Below, in pieces: positions 1-10,100 of a stretch of DNA of 64,000 nucleotides (positions are counted from its first letter, which is position 1; each line of letters starts with the position of its first letter). The notes beneath the pieces are model-generated. The model saw only the letters and a program-made list of their open reading frames with translations, did not search any database and had not been told where the DNA came from. The stretch is taken from the NCBI GenBank assembly GCA_040386335.1, contig JAZKFT010000063.1, forward strand, positions 1,351 through 65,350. Direction: 5' to 3'. The stretch is from Bacteroidota bacterium (GTDB lineage: Bacteria > Bacteroidota > Bacteroidia > Chitinophagales > Chitinophagaceae). The translations under genes and the position numbers were made by a program.

Positions 1-804
1 CCGGGAGACCTTGCAGGCATTGGCTGCCTGGTAGACAGTTGCCGTGTATGTGACAATTGTAAGGACGACCTGGAACAATATTGTGCGGAAGGCCCCGTGT
101 TTAGCTATAATGGTAACGAACGGGATGGAAGTGGCATTACCTATGGCGGGTATAGCCAATCGATATTGGCCCATGAGGATTTTGTATTGCATATTTCTGA
201 TAAGCTTCCGCTGGAAGGTGTGGCCCCGCTGCTTTGTGCTGGTATCACCAGTTACTCTCCGTTACGCCACTGGAAAGTGGGAAAGGGTACAAGAGTAGGC
301 ATTTTAGGTCTTGGCGGACTGGGACATATGGGCGTGAAACTGGCCGTGGCCATGGGAGCAGAAGTTACCATGCTCAGTCATACAGCAGCCAAAGAAGCGG
401 ATGCAAAAAGACTAGGCGCCCACAAATTTGTCTTAACCAGTGATGAGGAACAGGTAAAGACGGTAGCGGGTTATTTTGATTTTATTCTGGACACTGTTTC
501 TGCGGAGCATGATTATAATTTTTATATTGCTATGCTACGCACAAATGGCTCGCTGGTATGTGTAGGCCTGCCACCCAACCCCGCAAATATCCCTGCGATG
601 ACACTCATCTTTGGCCGCAAAAGTTTATCAGGTTCCCTCATTGGCGGCATTGCAGAAACACAGGAAATGCTGGATTATTGCGCGGAACATAATATTGTAA
701 GCGATGTGGAAGTGATCCCCATGAAAGACATTAACATGGCATATGAAAGAATGGAAAAAGGTGACGTCCGGTACCGGTTTGTGATTGATATGGCAACCTT
801 GTGA
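1..804 (+). CDS. Zn-dependent NAD(P) alcohol dehydrogenase, cinnamyl-alcohol-dehydrogenase/YahK-like (5-prime partial, runs off the window start)
   Basis: Frame 1 is open from nt 1 (PGDLAGIGCLVDSCRVCDNCKDDLEQYC, a structural-zinc Cys cluster). A Rossmann motif GILGLGGLGHMGVKLA follows. The ORF-track start at 97 is an internal Met. Confidence 0.85.
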   Translation, partial: PGDLAGIGCLVDSCRVCDNCKDDLEQYCAEGPVFSYNGNERDGSGITYGGYSQSILAHEDFVLHISDKLPLEGVAPLLCAGITSYSPLRHWKVGKGTRVGILGLGGLGHMGVKLAVAMGAEVTMLSHTAAKEADAKRLGAHKFVLTSDEEQVKTVAGYFDFILDTVSAEHDYNFYIAMLRTNGSLVCVGLPPNPANIPAMTLIFGRKSLSGSLIGGIAETQEMLDYCAEHNIVSDVEVIPMKDINMAYERMEKGDVRYRFVIDMATL

Positions 805-823
805 GTAATCAGCATATTAAAAA

Positions 824-863
824 AGAGCTGCAGGTATCTTGAAACACCTGCAGCTCTTTTTTA
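824..863. terminator. Bidirectional rho-independent terminator between convergent genes
   Basis: Perfect 12-bp stem AGAGCTGCAGGT (824-835) / ACCTGCAGCTCT (846-857). An A-run lies 5-prime and TTTTTTAT lies 3-prime. Confidence 0.8.
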
Positions 864-896
864 TATACCTGCGAAAATCCCGTCGTTACACCAATT

Positions 897-2093
897 CTAC
901 TGCTTCATAAACCCAATCCGTTCTGAGGTATTGGTCCCCTCCAGGCGGAGGTAGTAATTTCCGGCTGGCAGTTGGGCAACATTTACATTAAAAAGATTGT
1001 TTCCCTGGGTAAATAAGTAGCGGCCTGTTTGTACCTGTTTTCCATTCGCAGCAATAATCGTATACTGAACCGTTTCCTGCTTCTCCGCGTTTACAGAAAG
1101 CGTAGCGATATCTTTTACAGGGTTAGGATATAAGGTTATTACTGCTCCTGTTTTACTAATATTAACGGTAGCTATTGGTGAGTATTTATACAAACCGTCT
1201 TTATCTACCATCTTCAGCCGGTAATACAACAGTTTTACGCCAAGGCTGGTAATATTCCTGTCGGTAAATTGATAGTTAATAGCGCTGTTGGAATTACCCG
1301 CTGCCGCTACGGTTCCAATGCTGCTGAACACACGGCTATCTGTGCTTCTTTCTACAGAAAACTGTTGGGTGTTTTGTTCAGATGCAGTGGTCCATTCAAG
1401 GCTGGCATCCTCTGACCGGCGCACAGCTTTAAATGAACTAAGGGTTAAAGGAAGCCCTGCATCGTGAGTAAAACGGGTAATGGCAAAGTTGCCTTGAGTA
1501 GTGGTCGAAGTGCCTGAATAGTTACCGACCCAGCAGGCGCTGAAATTCGTTCCATAGCCTGTACCACTGGTCGTGATTGCTTCTACTGACACAGAAGTTC
1601 CTGTAAAACCAGTATGCCTGATCTCTACCAGCAGGTGACCGCCATTGTACGCATAGCCATCTGTAAATCCAATAACGGCGCCAAAATTATTAGGCGCCGG
1701 ATCGGGAGGAAATGAGCCCGCAGTGATCGTCAGTGCACCCGACCGAACCCTTGTTTGTGTGCCCACTATATTGTTTGCAAAGGTTAGACTACGCTGGGCA
1801 GGTGCAACACTTTCACTTAAATAAATATCATAATTGGTATAGGTAACATCGCTGTCTGGCCATGCTACTGTTGCAGATGCTAGACGCCCGAATGTTATTC
1901 CCTTTAGTGTTTGCCCCACAAGTGGTGTCAGCTGATTGGCATTGATCAATAACTGGTAAGTACGTTGTGTATTGGCCAGCGGCCCCAAAAACGAGCCGGT
2001 GGTCGTATACGAAACCGGAACTACATGCGTTTGCGAATGTGCCTGAATACAAAAAGCAAATGGCAATAGCAACAGGGTAAAAAATGGTTTCAT
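897..2093 (-). CDS. Secreted protein with T9SS (Por) C-terminal sorting domain
   Basis: A signal peptide starts at the Met at 2093 (MKPFFTLLLLPFAFCIQAHSQ). The C-terminal ~80 aa (ITLYPNPVKDIATLSV...LPAGNYYLRLEGTNTSERIGFMKQ) fit the T9SS CTD pattern. The ORF-track start at 2231 is a non-signal extension. Confidence 0.7.
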   Translation of the reverse strand: MKPFFTLLLLPFAFCIQAHSQTHVVPVSYTTTGSFLGPLANTQRTYQLLINANQLTPLVGQTLKGITFGRLASATVAWPDSDVTYTNYDIYLSESVAPAQRSLTFANNIVGTQTRVRSGALTITAGSFPPDPAPNNFGAVIGFTDGYAYNGGHLLVEIRHTGFTGTSVSVEAITTSGTGYGTNFSACWVGNYSGTSTTTQGNFAITRFTHDAGLPLTLSSFKAVRRSEDASLEWTTASEQNTQQFSVERSTDSRVFSSIGTVAAAGNSNSAINYQFTDRNITSLGVKLLYYRLKMVDKDGLYKYSPIATVNISKTGAVITLYPNPVKDIATLSVNAEKQETVQYTIIAANGKQVQTGRYLFTQGNNLFNVNVAQLPAGNYYLRLEGTNTSERIGFMKQ

Positions 2094-2256
2094 AAACAGG
2101 TAGTTTTTATGAATGGTTGGCTTAAAGATAAGCAGACCTGCTGATGTTTGAAACAACATAGCGCCGGAATAACGGTGTTTTACCTTCGGCCTACTGGTCA
2201 CAGACGTTTGTTGCTGCAAAAAAAAGGGCACGGAACATCCAGGGCCATATCATCAT

Positions 2257-3477
2257 TTATTTTTTGCTCACTCTATAAAGTTTCCCCTGGTCGGTTACGG
2301 CATACAATGCGCCATCGCCTCCAACCGTCACATCACGAAAGCGCTGTTTTTCATCTCCCAGCAATTTCTCCTCGCCTGTTACTTTATTGTTTTCTATCAC
2401 GAGCCGCACGATGCGCTGGCTGCTGAGGCCGCTGATGAATAAGTTATTCTTCCATTCGGGAATGACGTCACTGTTGTAAAAAGTCATGCCGCTGGGCGAC
2501 ACCACCGGGTCCCAATAATAGACCGGTTGTTCCAGGCCTTCTTTTTGCGTAATGCCCTCTCCCACTTTATCGCCACTATATTCCATACCGTAGGTAATGG
2601 TGGGCCAACCGTAATTTTTACCCGGCTGGATACGGTTTATTTCATCGCCTCCCCGTGGGCCAAATTCCCCTTCCCACAAATCGCCGGTAATGGGATGTAG
2701 TGCCAGCCCCTGCACATTTCGATGACCATAAGAATACAATTCAGGCCTGGCGCCCGCCGTCCCGGCAAAAGGGTTGCCAGCTGCAGGTTTGCCATCTGTT
2801 GTTATGCGGATAACTTTCCCCAATGACGAATTCAAAAATTGCGCCTGTGGCCTGGTTTCCTTGTCAGACCGTTCGCCGGTACTGAAGACCAGGTTACCTG
2901 TTTTATCAAAGAGAATACGCGAGCCGTAGTGCAGGGTTCCGTTATAGCCCGGAGTTGCGCGGTAGATCACCATCACATTTTCCAGGCTTTTTTCATCTGC
3001 TGACAGTTTTCCTTTGGCTACGGCTGTCAGGTTGCCTTCATTGGTCTTTTCAGAAAAAGTCCAGTATACCATGCGGTTTGTTGCAAAAGCCGGATCAATA
3101 GTGACGCCAAGCAGACCGCCTTGCCCGTTATCGTTAACGGCAGGCACGCCTTTGATTGCCTCGCTCTTTGCGCCTGCACTTGTTACAATACACATGTCGC
3201 CTCCCTTTTGTGTTACCAGGAACCTGCCGTCGGGCAGGGCGCAAATGCCCCATGGACTTTTCAAATCTTTAGTCAGCACTTTTACTTCAAATGGCGTTTT
3301 GGTGGTAACCGGGGTGATCCTTGTCTGACCTTCGAAAGCAGGGGCGTAACCGCTGGGTGAAGCAGCTTCTTCCTCAGTATTTTTTGAAGTACCTGTAGCC
3401 TTGGGGCTATTCGCGGAATTGTTGCCACAGCCCCATAAAAGCAGTATACAACAGATCGGAAACAAAATATTTTTCAT
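2257..3477 (-). CDS. PQQ-dependent soluble sugar (aldose/sorbosone) dehydrogenase, YliI-like lipoprotein
   Basis: Lipobox LLLWGC. Family motifs: HYGSRILF, GERSD, YSYGHRNVQGLALHPITGDLWEGEFGPRGGDEINRIQPGKNYGWP. Confidence 0.85.
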   Translation of the reverse strand: MKNILFPICCILLLWGCGNNSANSPKATGTSKNTEEEAASPSGYAPAFEGQTRITPVTTKTPFEVKVLTKDLKSPWGICALPDGRFLVTQKGGDMCIVTSAGAKSEAIKGVPAVNDNGQGGLLGVTIDPAFATNRMVYWTFSEKTNEGNLTAVAKGKLSADEKSLENVMVIYRATPGYNGTLHYGSRILFDKTGNLVFSTGERSDKETRPQAQFLNSSLGKVIRITTDGKPAAGNPFAGTAGARPELYSYGHRNVQGLALHPITGDLWEGEFGPRGGDEINRIQPGKNYGWPTITYGMEYSGDKVGEGITQKEGLEQPVYYWDPVVSPSGMTFYNSDVIPEWKNNLFISGLSSQRIVRLVIENNKVTGEEKLLGDEKQRFRDVTVGGDGALYAVTDQGKLYRVSKK

Positions 3478-3528
3478 GTGGTGATTTTTTAGGACAAAGA
3501 ATGAAGTAAATATAGCAAATCCGGTGCC

Positions 3529-4455
3529 TTAGATTTTGGGGTGAGCGTGCAGCCAGCCTGCCAGGTCCGTGACCACTTCCTCCCTGTTGATATCATTGAG
3601 CATTTCATGCCTGCCATTTGGGTATAGTTTCCAACTGATAGCCTTTGCTCCCGCGGCCTTCCAGTTTTCTACCATTTGCATAAACCCTTTTCCCTGTAAC
3701 CCTACCGGATCTTTGTCACCGGCAAATGCATAAATGGGAATATCCAGCGGCATGGCTGCAATATTTTTTTTGTTGAACGCATCCCTGATGCCTTTAAAAA
3801 AATAATAGAAAAAACTGGCGCTGCTTACCCAGCCGCATTGTGGGTCGGCCACATAATTATCTACTTCTTTTGGATCACGGCTCAGCCAGTCGTGTGCCGT
3901 GCGGTTGGGTGCAAAGCCTTTATTATATTTTTGAAAAGAGAGTTTATCAATCAACTTGCTCCTGTAAGTATGTCCAAATAATTTCATTTGAAGCCAGGCT
4001 ACTGCAATACCAAAACCCATCAAAGGGTCCGTCTTGCCATTGGTGGCGGAAAGCACCAATCCATCAATATCCCTTCCATGCATTTGAAAAAAACGCTGGC
4101 ATATAAACGAGCCCATGCTATGCCCCATCAGGAATAGCTTCTGCCCTGGGTGCTCGCTTCGTAAATGCTGCATCATTAAGTGCAGGTCGTCCACCTGTTT
4201 GTAAAACCAATTTTCTTCCGACAGCCCCTGCAAATCGATTGATGCAACAGCTTTGCCGTGAGCCCGTTCATCATGGGCATACACGGCAATCCCTTGCTTC
4301 ACCAGCATTTCAGCAATCGGGGCATAGCGCAAGGCATACTCCGCCATACCATGGGCTATATGCAAAACACAAGCGGGTTCCCCATCAGGCAACCATGCAT
4401 ATACCGGCATTTTGTGGCCATCAGAACAGGCGAGGAAAAATGATTTTGTTTGCAT
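3529..4455 (-). CDS. Alpha/beta hydrolase, lysophospholipase/monoacylglycerol-lipase-like
   Basis: 308 aa. Nucleophile elbow GHSMGS, HG oxyanion motif (HIAHGMAEY), C-terminal His (GRHEML). Confidence 0.8.
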   Translation of the reverse strand: MQTKSFFLACSDGHKMPVYAWLPDGEPACVLHIAHGMAEYALRYAPIAEMLVKQGIAVYAHDERAHGKAVASIDLQGLSEENWFYKQVDDLHLMMQHLRSEHPGQKLFLMGHSMGSFICQRFFQMHGRDIDGLVLSATNGKTDPLMGFGIAVAWLQMKLFGHTYRSKLIDKLSFQKYNKGFAPNRTAHDWLSRDPKEVDNYVADPQCGWVSSASFFYYFFKGIRDAFNKKNIAAMPLDIPIYAFAGDKDPVGLQGKGFMQMVENWKAAGAKAISWKLYPNGRHEMLNDINREEVVTDLAGWLHAHPKI

Positions 4456-4477
4456 GATGATGATTTTTTTCGGTCAT

Positions 4478-4676
4478 GTAGGGGCAGACCTATGTGTCTG
4501 CCCCAATGAATTTGAACCAGTCTCAATTCGTTGTAAAATTCATCCGATTCATTTGTTTCAGGGTTGACATACAGGTAGGGTTCACGGATAGGTAGGGTTC
4601 CCAAAAGGTAGCGTTCGCACGAAATGCAGGGTTGACACGAACGCAGGCAGGGTTGACACATAGGTCAACCCCTACA
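4478..4676. repeat. REP-like intergenic block of short hairpins and direct repeats
   Basis: Hairpins GGGGCAGAC-ctatgt-GTCTGCCCC (4481-4504) and GGTTGAC-acatag-GTCAACC (4651-4670). GGGTTGACA occurs 3 times (4561, 4629, 4650) and GGTAGGGTTC twice (4574, 4591). Confidence 0.7.
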
Positions 4677-4689
4677 AGTAACACCCGAA

Positions 4690-6924
4690 TCATTTTGTTT
4701 CCGTCGCCGCGGCATCCAAATATGCGGAAAAACTATTAATGGTTGCTGCCACTATCTCTATCTGCTCCTGTGCTTCTTTCCAATTGCGTTGCTCAATGGC
4801 CTCCCGTATACCTGGTAAGGTTTTTACTCCATAGCCCGTATAAAACCCAGGGGCGTAAATGGAGTGCCTGTACCAGCCGCGGCGGGGCAGCCCGTCTTTC
4901 ATCAGCAGCATTTGTTCTGCCTTGAACAACTTCTTGTTCAGTGCTATTTTCTTTTCTGGCGTTATCGTTGTTGCAACAGCAGCTTCGTTTAAGCTGTTGG
5001 TGGTTTTTTCAAGAGCTGCTACGGCATTTTGTAAAGCTGCAAAGTTTAAAAAAGGTACTTCGCCTTTAGCCGGCGGTGGCAGCAGCGATTCGGTTACATT
5101 ATTACCGGTGGTGTAATGTTTTCCTTTGAGGATTTCGTTTTCAACAGCTGTAGCTTCACGCATATCATCTGCCAGGGTCATTACTTCTGTGGCATATTTA
5201 CCAATCGTTTTTTGCAGGCTGCGAAAATCAAAAGGCAAGGCTTCAGCATTGGCGAAACGCAAGGTAGTGCGGCCGGCCGTTTTTGCCAGCACTACCCCAT
5301 AGTCAAAACCGGGATCTTTAAAACGCCTGTACATATCGTACGAATCGTATATGGAATGGTATTCGCCACCTTCATCCTCGCCGCCAAAACCAAGGTTCAT
5401 GCTGGGGATGCCGATATGCTGAAAGAACGGGCTATAGTCAGAGCCTGAGCCGAGAGCGCCCAGCGTAATGGTTTTCTTAGCCAGCAGGTCGCGTTTAGCC
5501 TTGCTCGTAGCTGCGTTGATGATGGCATTGGAGCGCTGTCTTTCCATCACACTAACATTGGATTGCGGATCCATAACATCCCTCGCCACTTCTGTAAAAG
5601 CAGGCTCCAGTGCATGAGAGCCGGCAGCTCCAAGAAATCCCCTTCCATTACCATCGGAGTTAATATATAAAACAGCTTTCTGCTGCAACTCATCGGCATG
5701 TGCTTCTACCCATTCGGTGGAACCCAACAACCCTTCTTCTTCTCCATCCCAGGAACAATACACAATGGTGCGTTTGGGTTTCCAGCCGGTCTTTACCATT
5801 TCACCAATACTCCTAGCTTCTTCCATCATGGCGGCCTCGCCGCTCAGCGGATCTGCAGCGCCATTTACCCAGGCATCATGGTGATTACCCCGCAGCACCC
5901 ATTCATCCGGAAACTCGCTTCCAATCATTTTTGCAATCACATTATTCACTGGTTTTGTATCCCAGTTAAATTCCAGTTTTAGATGCACTTTGTTTTTGCT
6001 CGGTCCGGCATGATAGGTGATGGGTAAAGCCCCACGCCAATCTTCCGGAACCACAGGCCCTTCAAGACTTTCGAGTAGCGGTAATGCATCTGCATAGCTG
6101 ATGGGGAGCACTGGTATTTTCAAGAGATTGACCGCATCTTTCTGGAGGATCCGTTTCGCATCTTTGGTGGAAGCATAACCCGGTGTCAGTGGGTCGCCGG
6201 GATAGATAGGCATGTCTTCCACCGAGCCGCGTTGCACACCATCCTGCGGGCGGTACGGTCCTTTTGGGTATACATCTCCCTGGAAGTAGCCATCACCTTT
6301 GGGATCACTGTAAATAATACAGCCTATGGCACCATGCTCCTGGGCCACTTTGGGTTTAATACCCCGCCAACTCTGGCCATATTTTGCAATGACGATTTTG
6401 CCTTTTACATCAATTCCCATACGAGCCAACTTTTCATAATCGGCAGGTACACCAAAGTTTACAAATACGAGTTCGCCGGTTACATCGCCATCAGGACTAT
6501 AGCAATTGTACGTGGGTAATTGTTCGGCTTCCTGGTTGCTGGTCGCATCTTCCTTAAGTGCCGGTTCTTTTAATGCCGCCTTGAAGTTTTTGGTACCGGT
6601 CATTTCCAGCAGCCTTGTTTTGGGCGTGGGAAATAGCACATAAAACGTTTCTATCTGGGTATCGTACCCCCAGCTTTTAAATTTATTGAGGATATAGTCG
6701 GCGTTCGCTTTACCGGCTGCAGACCCAACATGGTGTGGTCTTGCTGAAAGGTCTTTAATGTATTGATCCACATTTTTTGCCTGAAGGTTGGCATCAAATT
6801 TTTTCTCTGCAGCTAGTTGGGCTTCAGATGCCAGTTTGCTAAAACCAAGCAGGGGAGCTGTTTGAGAAAAACCCTGTGCGATGGTAAGTAGAGAGATGAT
6901 GGACAGAAGAAGGTTTTTTTTCAT
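4690..6924 (-). CDS. M28-family metallopeptidase, glutamate carboxypeptidase II/transferrin-receptor-like (PA + M28 + dimerisation domains)
   Basis: A signal peptide starts at the Met at 6924 (MKKNLLLSIISLLTIAQGFSQ). Long collinear resemblance to PSMA/NAALADase-type proteins (RGNHHDAW, WDGEEEGLLGSTEW, YHSIYDS). Confidence 0.85.
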   Translation of the reverse strand: MKKNLLLSIISLLTIAQGFSQTAPLLGFSKLASEAQLAAEKKFDANLQAKNVDQYIKDLSARPHHVGSAAGKANADYILNKFKSWGYDTQIETFYVLFPTPKTRLLEMTGTKNFKAALKEPALKEDATSNQEAEQLPTYNCYSPDGDVTGELVFVNFGVPADYEKLARMGIDVKGKIVIAKYGQSWRGIKPKVAQEHGAIGCIIYSDPKGDGYFQGDVYPKGPYRPQDGVQRGSVEDMPIYPGDPLTPGYASTKDAKRILQKDAVNLLKIPVLPISYADALPLLESLEGPVVPEDWRGALPITYHAGPSKNKVHLKLEFNWDTKPVNNVIAKMIGSEFPDEWVLRGNHHDAWVNGAADPLSGEAAMMEEARSIGEMVKTGWKPKRTIVYCSWDGEEEGLLGSTEWVEAHADELQQKAVLYINSDGNGRGFLGAAGSHALEPAFTEVARDVMDPQSNVSVMERQRSNAIINAATSKAKRDLLAKKTITLGALGSGSDYSPFFQHIGIPSMNLGFGGEDEGGEYHSIYDSYDMYRRFKDPGFDYGVVLAKTAGRTTLRFANAEALPFDFRSLQKTIGKYATEVMTLADDMREATAVENEILKGKHYTTGNNVTESLLPPPAKGEVPFLNFAALQNAVAALEKTTNSLNEAAVATTITPEKKIALNKKLFKAEQMLLMKDGLPRRGWYRHSIYAPGFYTGYGVKTLPGIREAIEQRNWKEAQEQIEIVAATINSFSAYLDAAATETK

Positions 6925-6949
6925 TTGTTTGGTTTTAATAGTAAAGTTA

Positions 6950-7081
6950 GCGTCATTGCGAGGAGGGTTCTTGCCCGACGAAGCAAGCCCCAACTATTAG
7001 TAGGCGGGGTTGTTATAGAGTTCAAACAGATTAACGAATTGCAGGGGATTGCTTCGGGCAAGAACCCTGCAATGACGATGC
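6950..7081. repeat. Long imperfect palindrome (about 38-nt arms, about 52-nt loop) between two same-strand genes
   Basis: Arm 1 is GCGTCATTGCGAGGAGGGTTCTTGCCCGACGAAGCAAGCCCC (6950-6991). Arm 2 is GGGGATTGCTTCGGGCAAGAACCCTGCAATGACGATGC (7044-7081). It sits 3-prime of the amidase stop and 5-prime of the M28 start. Confidence 0.7.
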
Positions 7082-7104
7082 GTTTTATGACGGTTTTCTC
7101 TGAT

Positions 7105-8760
7105 CTACTTAAACATTTCCGGGTGCATATCTTCCCATTCTGTTGCTTGCTGGAAGGCTTTTGCAATGGCCAATATGGTTGCTTCGCCGTACAGTTTACC
7201 AAGTATCGTAATACTTGTCGGCATTTTATTTTTATTGAAGCCGGTGGGCATGCACAAAGCGGGGTAGCCGGTAAGGTTCGTTACCGGTAACTGGCTGCCG
7301 CCAAAAGTGGGTGTTATGATGGCATCGTAAGGGGCGACTATTTTTGCCATCTCCAGCATCATTTTATAGCGGTGGCGGTTGGTGTTTACATACTCTACAG
7401 CCGGTATCAATCGGGCGCCCCGAAAATAATTGGGCCAGTCGTTTCTGGTTTGGCGGGTCAGCTGGTCGTCGATGTTCAACCTCGTGAGTTCATCAAATGC
7501 CCCTGCGGCTTCGGCACCTATCACCATTCCTATCATGTCGAAAGGATACAGCACCGAATCGGTTATTTCAATGGGTATCAAAGTGGCGCCCAATTTGCGA
7601 TACATATCCAGCACCCTGGGGTCGTTTGCATTGCTGTCGAGTTTATCGAAATAGTTTTTTACATAGGCAATTTTCAACTTTTTAAAATCCGCATTGCCAG
7701 TGTAGTTAAAGGCAGCATTAACAGCGCTTCCGTCTTTTCCATCGGTTCCATGGATAATGGAAAACACAGCTGCTGCATCTTCGGCGCTGCGACAAATAGG
7801 GCCTACTTTATCCAGGCTCCAACTGAGTGTCATAGCCCCGCTACGGCTGATGGTACCAAATGTGGGCCGGAGACCGGTAGCACCGCAGGCATTGCTGGGC
7901 GAAATGATAGAACCGTATGTTTCAGTGCCAATGGCAAATGGCACCAGCCCGGCCACGGTTGCCGCGGTTGATCCAGCAGAGGAGCCGCTGCTGCCTGATC
8001 TTAAATTCCACGGGTTCTTCGTGCGGCCTCCATACCAGTAATCACCCATAGCCAAAGCGCCTAATGTAAACTTGGCTATCAGCACGGCGCCTGACTTTTC
8101 AAGCTGGGTGTAAACAAATGCATCCTCATCAATGGTTTGGGTTTTGTAAGGGGCCGCACCCCAGGTAGTGGTCGTGCCCTTTACCGCAAAAAGATCTTTT
8201 AAGCCGTAGGGTATACCCTGTAAAATGCTACGGAACTTTCCTGCTTTTATTTCCGCATCGGCAGCGGCAGCCTGCTTCATAGCGATGGATTCGGTGATGC
8301 TGATGGTGCATTGCAAACTGTCGCCATGTTTGCGCAGGCGTTCGATAAAAAATCTTGTTAGTTCCACCGAACTGATCTTTTTACTGCGCAGCAACGACGC
8401 CAGTTGGGTTATCGAATAAAAGGCCAGCTCATTTTTATTCTTTGGCAACTGCACATTTTTGGGCAGGTTCCAGTTGATCGGTTTTTGATCGGTTGGTAGT
8501 TTCATGCCAGGCAACAAAGGCGTTTGCCAAAGGCTCATGGGTACGCTGTTATCCAGGTTCAGCCGGTGCATTTTTTCGTACTCCTTCAGGTTATCTTTCA
8601 CATCGGTATACATCATATCCACTTCCGGCTGGGAGAACTGCAGATTGGCTAGTTTGGCTGCGATAGGAATGTCTTCTTTTACCAGCGTGTCCTGGGCAAA
8701 CGATCGTTCGGTTGCTAAAACGCATAACAAAATGAGCCAGGTTCGTTGAAACAATTTCAT
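7105..8760 (-). CDS. Amidase-signature family amidase, exported
   Basis: Signal peptide ending SFAQ. Gly/Ser-rich amidase signature SGSSGSSAGSTAATVAGLVPFAIGTETYGSIISPS. Confidence 0.85.
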   Translation of the reverse strand: MKLFQRTWLILLCVLATERSFAQDTLVKEDIPIAAKLANLQFSQPEVDMMYTDVKDNLKEYEKMHRLNLDNSVPMSLWQTPLLPGMKLPTDQKPINWNLPKNVQLPKNKNELAFYSITQLASLLRSKKISSVELTRFFIERLRKHGDSLQCTISITESIAMKQAAAADAEIKAGKFRSILQGIPYGLKDLFAVKGTTTTWGAAPYKTQTIDEDAFVYTQLEKSGAVLIAKFTLGALAMGDYWYGGRTKNPWNLRSGSSGSSAGSTAATVAGLVPFAIGTETYGSIISPSNACGATGLRPTFGTISRSGAMTLSWSLDKVGPICRSAEDAAAVFSIIHGTDGKDGSAVNAAFNYTGNADFKKLKIAYVKNYFDKLDSNANDPRVLDMYRKLGATLIPIEITDSVLYPFDMIGMVIGAEAAGAFDELTRLNIDDQLTRQTRNDWPNYFRGARLIPAVEYVNTNRHRYKMMLEMAKIVAPYDAIITPTFGGSQLPVTNLTGYPALCMPTGFNKNKMPTSITILGKLYGEATILAIAKAFQQATEWEDMHPEMFK

Positions 8761-8802
8761 GTCGGTTTTGGTTTATGTGGTTTGCTTCGGGGCGGGCAAA
8801 AT

Positions 8803-9954
8803 CTAAATATACTTCGCTATCAACGTTTCAATTCCTTTTCCGTTCAGGAAATCTTTACGATACTTAAAAATTTCCTTGTCTTTGAGATCCAGCAGTTGCT
8901 CTTCCTGTAGTTGGTTGATCTTGATCATTTCCCTGATAGAAATATTGCCGTCCAGGATAAACCCCACCACAATCAACAAAAGGCAGATCTCCCGCTCGGG
9001 CTTTGGAGCAAGTTTGAGAGAAGCGATATAATCCCCGCGCAGCAGGTGTATTTCTTCCGGTTCGATCTTATAGATATTGAAAAGGTTCTTGGTAAGGATA
9101 CAATGGTTCTGGTGAAAATCCCTTTTGCTTACAGCTATATATTGCAGCGTATCATAGAGCAGTGCCTTAAATCCGGGCGTGGCTTCCTGGTCGGTTTTAA
9201 TCCGGGTACAAACCATTTCAATAAGATTTTGCCCCATAATAACGACCCTTGCCTGCTTTAGCACCGCCCATGTACCCCAGGCATTCCAGGCCGCAAAAAT
9301 GGGGACCCCGGCCATATCCTGAACCGCCTTTACAGCATAGCGGCCCAACAGGCGCTGTATAATAAATTTGAAAAGCATGTTGCTAAGGGTCGCCTTCAGC
9401 GTCAGCAGAAAGTTCCAAAGGATCAGCCCCCTTTTGTTCAGGCCCTGCAAAGGATCGATGCCGTATTTCAGCAGGCTTTTATCTTTTTTTTCAAGACCCA
9501 CGTTGAGCATTAATTTTCTCAGTTCCTGGTCTTTTTTATTCTCATGCGTAAGAAATCCTGTAGCCACTGCTATAGAGTGAATGCAGTAGATATTGAGAAA
9601 AGTGAGGAGCAATATTTCTATATAAACGAGCACAACGCCGTAGAGCAGGCCTACGATAGGAACGGGAAATAGTTTTCCAAATAATGTAACCGGGGTTACA
9701 GGAAACCACTTCGGGGCTACATACTGCGGCACATACAGTAATACAACGCCCATTGCACCAAAAAAAGCCGCTGCCCATACTGCAAATCTTTCTTTTTGTT
9801 TGATGGCTTTTATTTCATGGTCGTTCAGCAGAAAAAGATGCTGATCAGGGTTTATTTTTTTGATGGGCAATACCCGGTAAAACCAATTATAAGCGAATTG
9901 CACGACGGCTGTTTGTTTGGTGCAATTTAAACTTCCGGAACGGGTAATTTTCAT
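8803..9954 (-). CDS. Polytopic membrane protein, family not recognised
   Basis: 383-aa ORF with several hydrophobic helices (FAVWAAAFFGAMGVVLLYVPQYV; VGLLYGVVLVYIEILLLTFLNIYCI). ATG at 9954. Confidence 0.55.
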   Translation of the reverse strand: MKITRSGSLNCTKQTAVVQFAYNWFYRVLPIKKINPDQHLFLLNDHEIKAIKQKERFAVWAAAFFGAMGVVLLYVPQYVAPKWFPVTPVTLFGKLFPVPIVGLLYGVVLVYIEILLLTFLNIYCIHSIAVATGFLTHENKKDQELRKLMLNVGLEKKDKSLLKYGIDPLQGLNKRGLILWNFLLTLKATLSNMLFKFIIQRLLGRYAVKAVQDMAGVPIFAAWNAWGTWAVLKQARVVIMGQNLIEMVCTRIKTDQEATPGFKALLYDTLQYIAVSKRDFHQNHCILTKNLFNIYKIEPEEIHLLRGDYIASLKLAPKPEREICLLLIVVGFILDGNISIREMIKINQLQEEQLLDLKDKEIFKYRKDFLNGKGIETLIAKYI

Positions 9955-10100
9955 TACAAGCTAAAATAATCAAGGCATGATTGCCTTGCCGGAAGTCCCG
10001 GGCCTGGTATTTTATTGGGGAGCCCACACTTATCATGTACCGGTTCAATTTTGTTAGGCATGCTAATTGCAACAGCAGCTTGTACACTAAACGTAAATTC

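Noticed and set aside
4356-4661. 101-aa minus-strand ORF; likewise 6921..7202 and 6925..7290
   Set aside because: They run through the REP-like hairpins or the palindrome (peptides such as WGRHIGLPLH and VIARRVLARRSKPQ are classic repeat-derived artefacts) and overlap real gene ends.
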